Shown here: in pieces, positions 1 through 12,400 of the stretch
Layout of the letters: every line of letters begins with the position of its first letter
How positions within the stretch are numbered: position 1 is the stretch's first letter
Program-made: the position numbers and the translations under genes
The notes under the pieces: model-generated
Told to the model about the DNA's origin: nothing
Seen by the model: the letters and a program-made list of their open reading frames with translations, nothing else
The model's database searches: none
DNA from: Yuukianura sp. NJ FZ-2021
Taxonomy: Eukaryota
Direction of reading: 5' to 3'
DNA: 64,000 bases
Assembly (NCBI GenBank): GCA_046563655.1
Contig: CM102283.1
Span: forward strand, 2,790,001-2,854,000

Positions 1-439
1 AAAAGTATGCTGATCTTGGATTATTGTTCTATTGTTAAAGAGTTAATCGGTAGCGTGGTTACGCGTAATCAAGATGTTAAGATAATTTTTTAATTTTTTA
101 ATCTAACAGCACCGTCACCGACCATGAATCAACTTTTTCTGAGTCATTTTCAAAAATTTAGTTTCGAAAAACGATGTTGCAGAGATTTGTCTTTTACGCA
201 CGAGTTTCCATATTGAAAATTAAAATTCACTTTAGCAATTTTTTGAAATTAAAAAAAAATGAATTTACTTCAAAATTTGAAATGCCAAAAGCGATTGAAG
301 GAGAGATGGATGAGTGCTGAAATACTTATCGGTTACGTTTAAAGAATTAATTAATGAAATCGGCGTTGTTTGTCTGTCTGTCTGTCTGTTTGCAATCTCG
401 TTTTCAAAATTTTGTTTTTTTTTTTAAATTTTTTTTTAG

Positions 440-2910
440 GTTGGAATGAGTGGTGATACTGGGAGTGACTTGTACGAAATTCCAGACGGGAAACCAGTAC
501 ATGTGACACCACTGCCAATACTGTCCAGCACATCAACAGTACCGGAGTGGCTCCAGAAAGTTGAGGCCCACCACAAACGAGAATCTCTGCTACTTGGCAA
601 GTATCCACCGATTATCCCACCATCTTCATCATCTCCACCAGCAGTAGATGAGAACGTCAAACCACAAGCTGCAGTTTACATTGAAAATGTACTTCTTCCC
701 ACAAGGGCAACTAAGGTAAGAAAAAAAAAGTTACCGTAAATGTTCTATTAAATAGCTCCGAAATGTTTACGCCCATCTATTTGGAGATTTGAACACGCAG
801 ACGCATAAAACCACGCATACCTTATTGTAGTCGAAACAAAGTCCAGCCATTATTTGAAACTTTACGGTAAAAAGTTAAGTTAAGGTAAAGGTAAGTTACA
901 ATTATTTTGGTGTGTAGTCATGTGTGACCTAATGGTTGAAGCAGAAAATTTCAGAACAAGTGAAACTGTCTGAGAATTTTTATTGTAGAAAAAAATTCAA
1001 AGTTGAAAGTACAACTTGAAAATCCTGTTTGAATTTTTCAAAATGTTGCAGAGCTTAATGGAATAATTTAGATACACAAAGTGTGAAATTTGAAACAGTA
1101 AAAAGCCATGTTCTCGAGAGTCGTTAAAACCATTAAAGTTCAATGTCGCAGTAAATTTCAACTTGATGAACTTTAAAGTTATAATTACAGTATAATTGGA
1201 CTTCTCAATTAAAAGGAGTAAAATTTTCATCAAAGAGAAAGTTAAGTTGCGAAAAGAGAAGATTCTCTGTAATTTTATTGTCATTAATCAAGTAGAGTAA
1301 TTGTTCTCTTAAGTAATTAATGTTTTGGAACAATCTTCACAAAAAATAGCCTAGCATAATTTAAACTAACGTTAAGGTTAAGGTTAACCTAACCGAGTTA
1401 ATATCCTAATCTTGCGTCCTAAAAACTTTAACAAAATTTTGAATTTGTTTAGTGGAAAAAATTATATTTGGTAGTTCACATTCTCTACATTTTTCAATTT
1501 TTTAAAAAATAGAACAAATAATTATTTATTGCTAATTTGCATATTTTTTTTGCACAGGATGACGATTCTAAAAACTTTATCGAAGCACTCAAGCGCAAAC
1601 TGAGTCAGAAGAATCTGTTGGCTGGTTTACCTGGACAAAACACCAACAGCAATAACGTCAACAACAATAATGTCAACAGCAGTAGTATCAACAACAACAA
1701 TGCAAAACCATGTTCTGGCTCTGGTAACAACAGAATCAACAACAATTTACCCAAGAGTCAAAGTCATGTTGAACTTGAGAGGCTCAGTTCAATTGAAACC
1801 GGTGAGTCATTCAACGATATTTGAATTTTTTAAATTAAAAATTTAAATTTTGCCGCCTTTTTCGTGTCACTGATTATACCGCCTCTGCTTCATCAAAAAT
1901 TCAAATAATCAAAGATTATAAACAAAAAAGTTTGGCACAGTGTGAGTCAGAACACAAAATTTAGACGAAGCCTTTGACTCATTCACAACTTTCCAAATTT
2001 TTAAACAGTTTTTGGGGAACCTGAAAATTTGAGTTAACAATGAGAAATTAAGATTAAGAACATGAACATCTGATATCAAAATTGAGTTTTTTTCAACTCT
2101 TGGTACGATGAAAGTGTTTCATGTTCTTCAAACAATTGAAATTTTCAAAACTTTTGAATTTTCTTGTAAGTAAATTGGTTACAAATACATTATAATTTTT
2201 TACAACTTCAAAACACTGTATGCCAGACGCCATTAACCTACCGCGCACGACTGCACTCAAATGACTTGACACAACGCTTTATTCCAACAAAAAAGTGACG
2301 GTCACGATCAGGGTGATGATGATCGTTTGCAGAACATAAATCTTTTCTTCCTAAAAAATCATAAATCATATTCAAAAAAAGTTTTAAAAAACTTTTTACT
2401 AGTTTTTGGTTTTGAAAAACTGTTAACTTTTCCCGTTTTTTACAGAGAGAATCAAGAAAATCAAAGAGTCCGTTCAAAAGTTTCCGTGGTTCTACAGAGT
2501 GGATCGAGCAAAAGCCGAGCTGATTTTGGAAAACTGTAAGTCAATTTCACAAACTGCAAAAACTTAACACAAAAAAAGAAAACAAAATTCAAAATTGTCG
2601 TTTTTTGAAAATTTTGATAGACAATGCCGACGGAGCCTTCCTCGTCCGAGAATGTTATCACGGTGGACCAGACGTTCCGTTTACTCTAACAATTCGCTAC
2701 GCTCTGCGTCTGTTTCATATTCAAATTCGCGTTAGGCCTGACGCACACTTTGCACTTGGGAGTGCAAAGGTCAACGAAATGAGATTTGGGTCTATCCAGG
2801 AAATGATTGACACTTACAGGAAAACGGCACTGCAGCTACACACTGCCGGAAAGTATTTTGGTGAAACTAAACTCACTAATCCACCAATAGTTTACTCTTT
2901 TTCTAAATAA
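440..2910 (+). CDS. SH2-domain adaptor protein (BLNK/SLP-76-like); 5' part may lie upstream of the window
   Basis: Exons about 440-715, 1559-1801, 2446-2535 and 2621-2910. The spliced C-terminus PWFYRVDRAKAELILEN.NADGAFLVRE...PFTLTIRY..RLFHIQIR...FALG...F.SIQEMIDTY is an SH2 domain. An N-terminal DLYEIP tyrosine motif and a Pro-rich region fit the SLP-76/BLNK architecture. Confidence 0.75.
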
Positions 2911-3310
2911 GTTTTAGAAAAACAGAAAATTTTAGAACAACTTTTTAGAAAATGAAATTCTCTGGCCAAAAGAAGGCTGCTTTTTTTAAACACTTTTTGT
3001 ATCATAAAGTCCCAGTTACTTCACTTTTTTCAATTTTTATTTTCAGAACAAATTTTGATTTTAAATTGTTTAAAAAACGCTCTGTATATTTAAGCTTTTT
3101 TGTTCAATGTTTCTTAAACTTTTTTCTTAATGTTACCAAAAGAAAAGTAAATTAAACGTAATCGGTCATGAATAATTTCGGTGAAATTTTATTCAAAATC
3201 ACAATTCAGAAAATTCATTGAACGTTTTCACTAATTTTTTAAATTAATTAAAGTAATGACAAGTTTTTAGAAAAGTAAGTAAAATGTTTAGGACAATAGG
3301 CATTACAAAA

Positions 3311-4618
3311 TCATTCCCAGACTTGGGGCAACTTGAGACAATAAGCTTGGAGTGACTCTTGAAAACTTGATAGAGGTCGCATCGTGGTCTCCGGCATTGG
3401 AATTTTAAACGTTGGAAGAAAAGAGCCGGGAATTTTGACGACCTTGACTGCAGCAGCGTAGAAAATGTCATATGAGAGGGCCAATGGAAGTGTAGCGGCG
3501 GTAAAAATTTTGTAAATTTTGAATTGTCGGAGTTTCGCTCGCAAACTTTTCGCGTCAGCCGTAATCGCTTCTTCGAAAACTTTCAAAAATGGTTCTGGAA
3601 GTTCACGCCCTTCTGCTTCCGTAAATGCTTGAATTAACTCACACTTTCGACAAATCCAGTCCAGCTGATCGTCGTCGTCAATGTTGTTCAGGAATCCGTC
3701 GGCGGGAAAAGTTTCGTCACATGATTCCATGACGTCACATGACTCCATGACGTCCATGACGTCATATAACTCTGACGTGTCACGTGACTCTGACGTATCA
3801 CGTGAGTCTGACGTATCACGTGACTCGGAATACGTCATCGGACGACGACAAGGTTCACATTTGATGAAACCGCGGCGTTTCAAATATCCCAAAGCATCTG
3901 AATATCCCGCGTGGCAAATGCTGGCCAGTACTTCTGGTCCAGGCGGCATAATTGTGTGACTCAGACGCACAAAATTTTTTCTTGAGATTTCAAGCGAAGT
4001 GTGATTAAAAGTCATGATGACCCACGGTGACAAGCTTGGACCATCGCGTGGACAAATGTCTGACTCACCACAGAACGGACTCACAGTAACTGTAGACTTG
4101 TTTTGAATCAGCTGATTCCCGCCTGTTGAAAACCCACCGTCAATGTACCTCTCACCGCGGAATCTGGGTGGGACCAACCCGACGAAAAATGGAATCGTCA
4201 CGGCACAAATGAGAGCGTCAATAAATTCGGCACGAGAGTTGAATTCCGAAAAGACTACTTTTTGCATGTCACGGACGCGGGTCATTGCTATGAAAACTTT
4301 TCCGGATACTAGAAGATGAACGTCCGGTGGGAGACAGGATTCGAGATGCTGGCGGACACTTCCAGCGACGTCACTTGAGGGACTCAGAGCACCAATCACT
4401 TTGTTTCTTGTTGCCACACAAGTTTGGATCCACATTTTGGCGCCATCGGGAATTGGAATTCCAGCGACCAAGAAAGTACTTGCGAGGGCACCAGCACTTG
4501 ATCCGGACACTGTGTTTAAAAATTGTGGAACATAGTGTTTGAGACACGCAGCGACTCCGAAGTGGTACATTCCCAGGAAACCACATCCAGCAAAGGAGAA
4601 GTTCACTTCTTCTGACAT
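3311..4618 (-). CDS. Patatin-like phospholipase / triglyceride lipase (PNPLA2/brummer family), single coding exon
   Basis: Motifs NFSFAGCGFLGMYH (oxyanion loop), GSSAG (GxSxG nucleophile), RYIDGG (catalytic Asp) and TVSPFCGESDICP. Confidence 0.92.
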   Translation of the reverse strand: MSEEVNFSFAGCGFLGMYHFGVAACLKHYVPQFLNTVSGSSAGALASTFLVAGIPIPDGAKMWIQTCVATRNKVIGALSPSSDVAGSVRQHLESCLPPDVHLLVSGKVFIAMTRVRDMQKVVFSEFNSRAEFIDALICAVTIPFFVGLVPPRFRGERYIDGGFSTGGNQLIQNKSTVTVSPFCGESDICPRDGPSLSPWVIMTFNHTSLEISRKNFVRLSHTIMPPGPEVLASICHAGYSDALGYLKRRGFIKCEPCRRPMTYSESRDTSDSRDTSESRDTSELYDVMDVMESCDVMESCDETFPADGFLNNIDDDDQLDWICRKCELIQAFTEAEGRELPEPFLKVFEEAITADAKSLRAKLRQFKIYKIFTAATLPLALSYDIFYAAAVKVVKIPGSFLPTFKIPMPETTMRPLSSFQESLQAYCLKLPQVWE

Positions 4619-5783
4619 TTTCTGAAGGTCAAAGGTCAATCTTGAATGTTAAAGGTCAAAGGTCACCTCTGGAATTTTAAAGGTCAACTCGCTGAGAAGT
4701 TATTTCACTTGTCCCAAATATGACAAATTTGTTGTGTTCGAAGTTTTGATGTGTGAATCTGAAAAAGCAAAAGGCAAAACAAAAATTTTGAAAATCGAAT
4801 GTTTTGAATTTTTAAAAACTCGTCGGCAAGGCGCTAAAAATAGAAGTTTCCAACCTACTTCTTTTTCTACAGGTGGAGTTTTTGAAGTGGGTTTTTGAAG
4901 TGAATGAAATTCAAGGTTTTGTGTGAAGAACAATAGAGTGATTAAACCATATTTTGTTTAAAGTTTAGTTAAAGTGGAAAAATCAAAATTAAAAGTTAAC
5001 TAGATAACTTCAACAAGTTAAGTTCCTGGTTAAGCCAAAGCATCACGAGCACAAAGCAACTTTTGTTATTTTGTCAAACTAAAAAAGTGGACTAAAGGGC
5101 AAAGACACTTGAGTGAAAAGTGAATCAAACAGTTGATGCCACACGAACTTTTTTAACCACCGCTATAAATAGTTAATTGTAAATTATATTTAAATTGTAA
5201 TTAAATAATTAAATAGCAGTTCAACTTAAATATTTAATAACACTGTAATTATGTAATTGGCTACTAGAAAATAGCAGGCCTTACCTGTTGGAAATGCTAA
5301 ACTAATGTACTGGAAGTGTAATAAAAATGAATTATAAAAATTTCGAACAAAGGCTTTATATAAAACTCTCTTCTTAGTTAGGTGCTTGCTGGAAGAATTT
5401 TCAAAGCATAAAAAGTTAATTGAAAAGTAAGTGGAAAAAATATGATTGGAACAATGAGATTTTCACGATATGACTAAAAGCTATAAAAAATATTTCGTTC
5501 AGAGCGTTTTTGGTAATTGTTCATGCAATTTTCATCACCTTCACTCTGCTGCAGGTGAATCCACTTCGAAACAAAGGAAACTTTGCTGGAAAACACGTCA
5601 ATACTTTCAATGGATTTCCATTTTTTTTTTCTTGAGAATTTCAACTTGCACAACCGAGAATGCAACATCAACAAAGTAAGTTGTTGAGAACCTGTTCAAG
5701 AGTTGGCTCATTGTAAGTATTTTTTTTCAAAAAGTGAAATAAGTTTTTGAAATTTTCCATTCCAAGGTTCTTTGTTACGAAAC

Positions 5784-8700
5784 TTTTTATATGTACAAAT
5801 GGCGCAGACTGAAATGACGCAGCTGAAACCTCGTGCCAATTTCCAGTAGAAGAGACTTATCTGGAATCCTTGGTCATCAAATTGCTAAAACTCAAATATC
5901 AAACACATGTACACACAACATGTTACTTTACGCACAAACAAAACATCATACTTTTTTGGAACAAATAATTAGCACTTTAATGAAACACAATCACCTGCCA
6001 AAGGCAGGTTGGGAAAAGGAGTAGAATTTATGTTAGGTTATAGTATGAATAACTCATAGAGATCTTTCCCTGAGGGTAAGCTTCCCAAGATTGAGCAGGA
6101 GTTACCGCGTTGAACAGCAAGACTTATTCGTTGTAGCAAAAAGGCCGTAGCTCGTTTATCTCCAGATGCTTCTGACAGCCGATGTCCAATTTGTTTCAGT
6201 AGACGAAGGCCTTCGGATCCGAATACACCTGTAGTCTCGACGGCAATGATGGATACGATGAAGCGAGATTCTAGGTCACGATAGAGATGATGCTTGTGTG
6301 TCTCTGCTAATTCGGCTGCATGACCATAGTGGGAAGACGACGTCGAAAGGTAGGAATTGGCAAAGGTGTCACGGCAAGTGAAATCCCAGGTGAGGCAGCG
6401 TCCAGAGCTCCAAGGAATAAGCGTTACGCCGTCTGGCCGTTTACCATCTGATCTACAGCAACCGACAGGTTCTTTAATTGACGGAAAACCGGCGGATTGT
6501 AACGATCTGAAGATGATGTCGTTGGCTGCGTTGTGACGAGAGTGTCTTCCGGCGCTACGTTTACAGCTTAGGCCATGGAGGCCGTTGCTTGATACCGGAG
6601 CACCACATGAGCAGATATGAGGTTGGCATATATCAGCTCCTAGGCGGAGGGCACAAGATATCCTAAAAGATTCGTCCGAAAGTAGAGTTCCAAGTTGTCC
6701 AGAGGGAATTGCGTGTAACCAATCTCCCGAATGTGGTGCAGCGGCAGCCAGTAGTCTTGCTTTGTCGATAAGAGTTGAAGAGTTCTGGAGAAGAGAAGAA
6801 GAAATTTGCTTGAAGACTTGAATTTCCCAGAGGTTTTGTGATTTTTCGTCCTGGGGAATGACAAAGCCCAATTGAGACCAATTGAGTAAAGCCATATCCA
6901 TTGAATTGTCCAAAGGTGACAGGGAGGACGGAAGAAATGTAGAAATTAGCTCCGCACAACTATGAACTGATGCCAAAAATGAGTATGTAGCGCAGTCCTT
7001 AGCGTGGCGAACTCCTAATCCGCCCAAGTTCACCGGTAGACTTGACTGAGACCAAGCGTGCGAAGATAAAGTAGAGTTGAGAATCGATTCCATCACTGCA
7101 CGTAGCGCACAGTCGTATGCATCGAGAAGATCAGTTTCCATAAACGAAGGAGCACATCGGAGGAAATATAGAAGTCTCGGGGTTGAAATTGAAGCTCGAA
7201 GCAGGTAGAACGCGATGTGGGCTGGTAAATCCGACAACTTGGATGAGAGTGACTTAAAATTCTCTGTTTTGCATTTGAGAATCCGACGAGACGATTCTTT
7301 GAAAAGAGGCGCTCCCAAAAGTTCAGCTTGATCAGATTCAGGAAAGATGATGTCAGGAGAAACAGAATGGAATGATTGGACGATTGAGCGGGATTCATCT
7401 GCGTCTGCGCTTAGGATGATGGCTTCACATTTCTTCAGGTTGAGTTCTAATCCAAACGAAGAGGCTTCTCTTTGGATGTACTTGAGATTTTCGAGAACGA
7501 CCTCCGGAGTATCGGCAATCGTTGCGTCGTCCAAATACCAGATGTTGAAATCAGTGGTTAGTGAGGAGGCCAATTGGTGAATGGTTAAAGCAAAAAGAGC
7601 AGGACCAAGGGGATCCCCCTGCTGCACTCCTAGTTTTGATTTGATGCAAGCAGAGTCGTAGTAGAGATCCGATTCATGCAAATAAGCTTCAGAGACGAAG
7701 TTGTAGACGTCGGGAAGTAGAGTCTTCACAATGTCCAGCATACGGTCTCTTCGAACTACATTGAAGGCATTGCGGAAGTCCATCTTTAGTAGAACCTTGG
7801 CAGAGACATGGTTGGCATTACAGAAGATTCTGGCAGCGTGGGCGACGGCTTCAGCACCATTCTTGATTCCAACTCCAACTTGGATTGGGCTTAAAGATGA
7901 AGTAATGATATTCAACGAGTGAGATAGAATAAGTTTAGACACGAGGCGTCTCCACGTAAGGCCAATTGCGATAGGGCGAATGCCTCCTTTTTCTTTTGGA
8001 TTGCTAATAACGTTGCGCCGAAAAAAATTCGTCTCACTTCATCGGGAAGAGAACCATTTGTGATGAAGTTACACAATCCAGAAATTGATGATAGAAGAGC
8101 TGCTCCTTCATCTCCTGACGACTTTGAAGTTAGTTCCTTTAGAATCTGTGGTCGAAGGGAGTCCAGACCTCCTGCAGATCCATTTGGGAATGACGAGATG
8201 GCTTTGATGATGTGACGATGTTCAAAGATAACCTCAGATCTCGGAGGTGCCGCAGGAAACGAGGTTGGTAGAGGATGATCGGGATGCAACTGTTGCAGAA
8301 TTTCCAAAGTATTTGAGTATTTGGCGGCTATGCAGTCTTCGGAGACAAGAATACGAACTGCACCACGTATATCCCCGTCGGCTAGTTTAGATTGAATGAC
8401 CTTTGAGGAATTGCGGTGATGTGAGGACGGATTATTGCGATGAGAGAACTGCTTGAATTGATGATGGGAGATGTTTGCAGGCGACCCAGAAGTGATACGG
8501 CTAGCGTTTGTCTTCACCCATTTGGTAAGATTTGTGACAGCATCTTCTTTTGACGGGATAGGGAGAACTTGGTACGGGAAGTAGAATAATTTTGCCCAAG
8601 AATCTGTAGAGTTCTGCTCGATTGCTTGGTCGATGATGGTGGACAGGGCAGAGGCGGTCGTTCGTCTTGCTCCTTTTGGAATGTGTTTGAGTGTGGACGT

Positions 8701-9260
8701 AGATTTTCTCAAGTCAGCAAGCTTTAGCCCAAGAGAAGTTGTAGAGATATCCTCATTGGGAGAGGCGGACCAAGTGATGCCGAAGTAAGATTGTTCAGAA
8801 TGTTTGCGTCCGCCGGCTCGTGTTTTGGTAATGGATGGAAAAGCTTTTAATAGTTTCAATCCAATTGTCGCGTCGGTTAAAGGTTTCATCTTCACTTCAG
8901 AGCAAAATGAATGGTATTTGTCTTTTAGATCTTGTTTCTTGATCAAAGCTCCAGAAGCCTCCTGAAGGTTGTTCTTGATCCAGTCGTCAGTTAGTTTCGA
9001 AATTTGAGATTTTCTTAGACACCCAGTGGATGACGTAGTAGATGACGATGATGTAGGTGATGAACCACTGAACTCCAATCCGCAGTCATCGGATGATGAC
9101 CCGATTCCGGGGTTCTCCGTGGTTGTGTCCAGGGTGTTATCGCAAATCAGATTGATCGTTGAATTTGCTGGAAAATTGAGTTGGATGTTTGTTTCACCAA
9201 ACATCATACTTGTTTTTTTTTATAAATACACATATTACAATATAATATTATATTATAATT
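5784..9260 (-). mobile_element. Non-LTR retrotransposon, CRE-like clade (RT plus restriction-like endonuclease), one frameshift near 7990; boundaries approximate
   Basis: ORFs 7912-9207 and 6038-7942 join by a -1 shift into ...AIQKK/GGIRPIAIG... RT motifs are KMDFRNAFN, GVQQGDPLGP, WYLDD and LP..LGGLG. A zinc knuckle (CSCG...HGLSC), RHN and the RLE motifs RPDG...WD...AE..K follow. A short A-rich 3' end lies near 5784. Confidence 0.9.
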
Positions 9261-9284
9261 AACATTCTTTTACAAAATTTTCAC

Positions 9285-9298
9285 GTTACCGTGACAAC
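9285..9298. promoter_or_regulatory. RFX X-box-like motif upstream of CCDC61
   Basis: GTTACCGTGACAAC matches the X-box pattern GTTNCC-NN-RRNAAC and lies about 200 bp upstream of the CCDC61 ATG. Confidence 0.6.
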
Positions 9299-9497
9299 CA
9301 GAACGTTAAAAAAACATGCTGGTATCAAATGTATTTGGGAAAAGTTGTTAAAACTTTGCCATGCAAATTTGTGGTTTTGAGTAAAAAATTTTTTTGGGTA
9401 AAACTCAAGTGTTTAGCAATATTGCTTTTGTATAGGATTTGATACGAGTCAAAAGTTAAAGCAATTCTGAGATTTGGCGCGCTTGAGAATTTTTAAA

Positions 9498-12400
9498 ATG
9501 GAGAAAGCTAAAGGAGTGACTAATTCTGTTGTGAGTACTTGGACGTTTCGAGATGGAGAGCAATACGTAATTTCATTGGAAGTTACAGAGAATCCAAAAG
9601 CAGTTGCAATCCAAATTGCAAATAAAATCACTTCCGAAGAATGGAGTTGCCACTATGATTCCAAATGTGAGTTTCAAATTTCCCTCCAAAAAAAACTAAA
9701 AGTTTTAAATCTTTGACCTTTGACCTTGACTTTCTCTTTGTCCAAATCAGATATAGAAGAGCTGAGTCAGAGAACTGGAAACTACAAAACTTTTGACATT
9801 TTTATTGCTATGATCAAATCTGCTCTGCTCAAGGTAAAATTTCATAATTTTTGAAAAACTCATTTTCACTTTTCATTCAAAAATGAAAAATGTGAAAAAA
9901 ACAATGAAGATGAAGATGATTAGGAAGGAGTGGTAGGAATTGGCTTCTTTATCCTTGATGAATCAAGTTAGTGAAATTAATTACACTGTAATTCAGCATT
10001 GAAATTTTACGAATCCGCATTGCTTTGCAATTCTTCACACCCAGACGCGTGCTTCTTTACAAAAATTTCACTTAACGATTCCCATTCATTTCAAAAACTG
10101 AAAACATGAAAATCATAATAATAAAAATGAAATCCATCCTACTTTTGACAGAATCTGAGCAAAAGTGATAGTTTGTGCTTCTGAAATTATGATCGAGAGG
10201 AGTGGTTGACTTTGGCCAGACGATCTTCTCGTGCTCAAACTTCAACTTTAAGTGCAAAAGTGGGTCACATGATTGATTCAAACTGCTTTAACAAGTGCGC
10301 GCCAACTTTCAATTTCGATTTAAAAAGTTAACTTGAATTATAACCTTGTCAGTTGTGATTAATGAGATTCGACTAAAAGAGGAAAAGGAGAGATTAAGTT
10401 AGGTTGATTGGATTAACAAAAGAAATTATAGGCAGTGTCTGCACATGAGCAGACTTAAAATCTTACACGTACATAAGTACACTATGTTATACATTCATAT
10501 TAATATATTATAAATAAAGTAATAAATATAAATATAGATTAAGTTTTTTGACAAAATTTTTTGATATTTTCAGAGCACAGAGTCGGTTGAACTTGACTTA
10601 ATGACGTACGAAGACTTGAAGGCGCTGAAATCCAAGCGATTCAAAAATGGCTCCAAATTTGAATTCGCTTCGCCTTCAAAAATTGCCGACTCTTCTGCTA
10701 CAGTAGATGCAAATTCAAATCCGTCAAATCACTTGTTAAAACGCAAGTATCTGATAGTGAAATACGTGGCAGAGTTTGACAGGTAAAAGGTCAAAGGTCA
10801 ATGACCCCAAAAACTAATCAGGTCAAAGGTCAAGGTCATTGACCTTTATTTGTTTCAGTGTCCATTATCCACTGGCCTTGAGTCATACTAAGGGCCCTGA
10901 CCCCTTCATAATGGAGCAGCACATTAAGAAACTGCAAGGAGAGGTCACGTATCTGCGAACGACCAATCAGGAGCTTGTTGACAGTTTGAAAACTCTTGGC
11001 TTTGACTCGTCGAGGCTTGAAATTCAAAATGGGCGCCAAAATTTAAATTGTGGCGGGAGTGCACCTAATTTTGAAATTTCGAATCTTCTGGAAGCCATTG
11101 AGTCCTTGGAGAGAAACTGTGCCACAGAGAGAATGGAGCACTTGAAGGAAATGGAGACCCTGCAAGGGGAAAATTCAATCTTAAGGGACCAGGTACTTAA
11201 AGGGGTCAAGGGATTCCCTTAAGCTTTTTTTAAGAAAGAAAGTCCCGTTTTGTTTTGAAAAAGAGTTTTTGTTTCTTGAACTTTCGAAATTTCATTCAAG
11301 GATTCTTTTGAATTTTAAAAACGGTCAAGGTTGGGAAAGTTTTTTTTGAAAAAAAAAATTATGATCAGACGCCAGACCGCATTGACGGCCGTCTGCGGTG
11401 TGAAATAGCCGCGAGGGAAAATTTGAAAATGCAGCACGCGTTTATTTGGTGTGTACAAAACAATAGAAAGTTTGACGAACCAATTGTTACAATTTGAAAA
11501 AAAAAGATGTGAGAAAATTTTTCAAAATGAAAATTTTCAGGGCCAATTTTACTTTATGAAGTTTGAATGTGGCGCTTTTACTTTTTTTTTTGCCCGGCGG
11601 TGGTCAGCCTACTAACCGAAATAATCACAATAAGATCAGTCACGTAAATGAAACCACATGAGATTAAATTTTGCAACTGATATTCTATCTGGTCACTTTT
11701 GAATGTTCCCACGCATGCCCAAAATTTTACCAAAAACAATTAGTTTTTGAAAAAGTATGAAAATTTCAAGCATGAAATTTCGAAAACCGAAACACGACAG
11801 ATTCAAAAACTGAATCACACGTTCAAAAAACTGACAAAAAAGTCGAATCGCCGAAAAAATTTGACTTCTCAAAGAAAACTTTATAGATGCTGGTCGGAAA
11901 TACGAAAAATGGGGCAAGAAAATGTTGAAGTTCAAAATCTTGAAAACTTGGAGCCAGATATAAAAAGTAGAGGCACGAAAATTTGAAAAACCCTTTAACT
12001 GAAACTGCATTTTTAAGATTTCAGCGCTTCAGCGATCAGAAGAAGAGCTGAACATGCAGATCACGAGACTGGAGAGGATGAGTATGGGTTACGGAGTGCG
12101 TCGTCAGCAGTCGGGGCAATCGTTCGGCACTGTTCGGGAAAGTGTTCGGACTCAACGACCGTCACGTGAGCGTGATCGTGCTTCAAGCGACATGCGTAGC
12201 AGACACAGTTCGAGTAGTTCCGAATTTCGACGGAAACTTACGACTGCAGTCAAGAGTACAAGTACTGCACAGCAAACGAATTTGCCTGGCGTCAGAAATC
12301 GCTCCAGAACGCTGTCACCAGCTCCTCCTCCTAAGTTCAATCCAACGTCTTACGTCCGTGAAAAAAAGCAGCGCCAAGACCAAATTGCTCAACTCAGGTT

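Noticed and set aside
5761-5790. Target-site duplication of the CRE element (versus 9265-9282)
   Set aside because: The similarity is imperfect and AT-rich, so it is not convincing.
7985-8000. Programmed -1 ribosomal frameshift
   Set aside because: G-AAA-AAG is not a canonical slippery heptamer, the site is inside the RT region, and CRE elements normally have one ORF.
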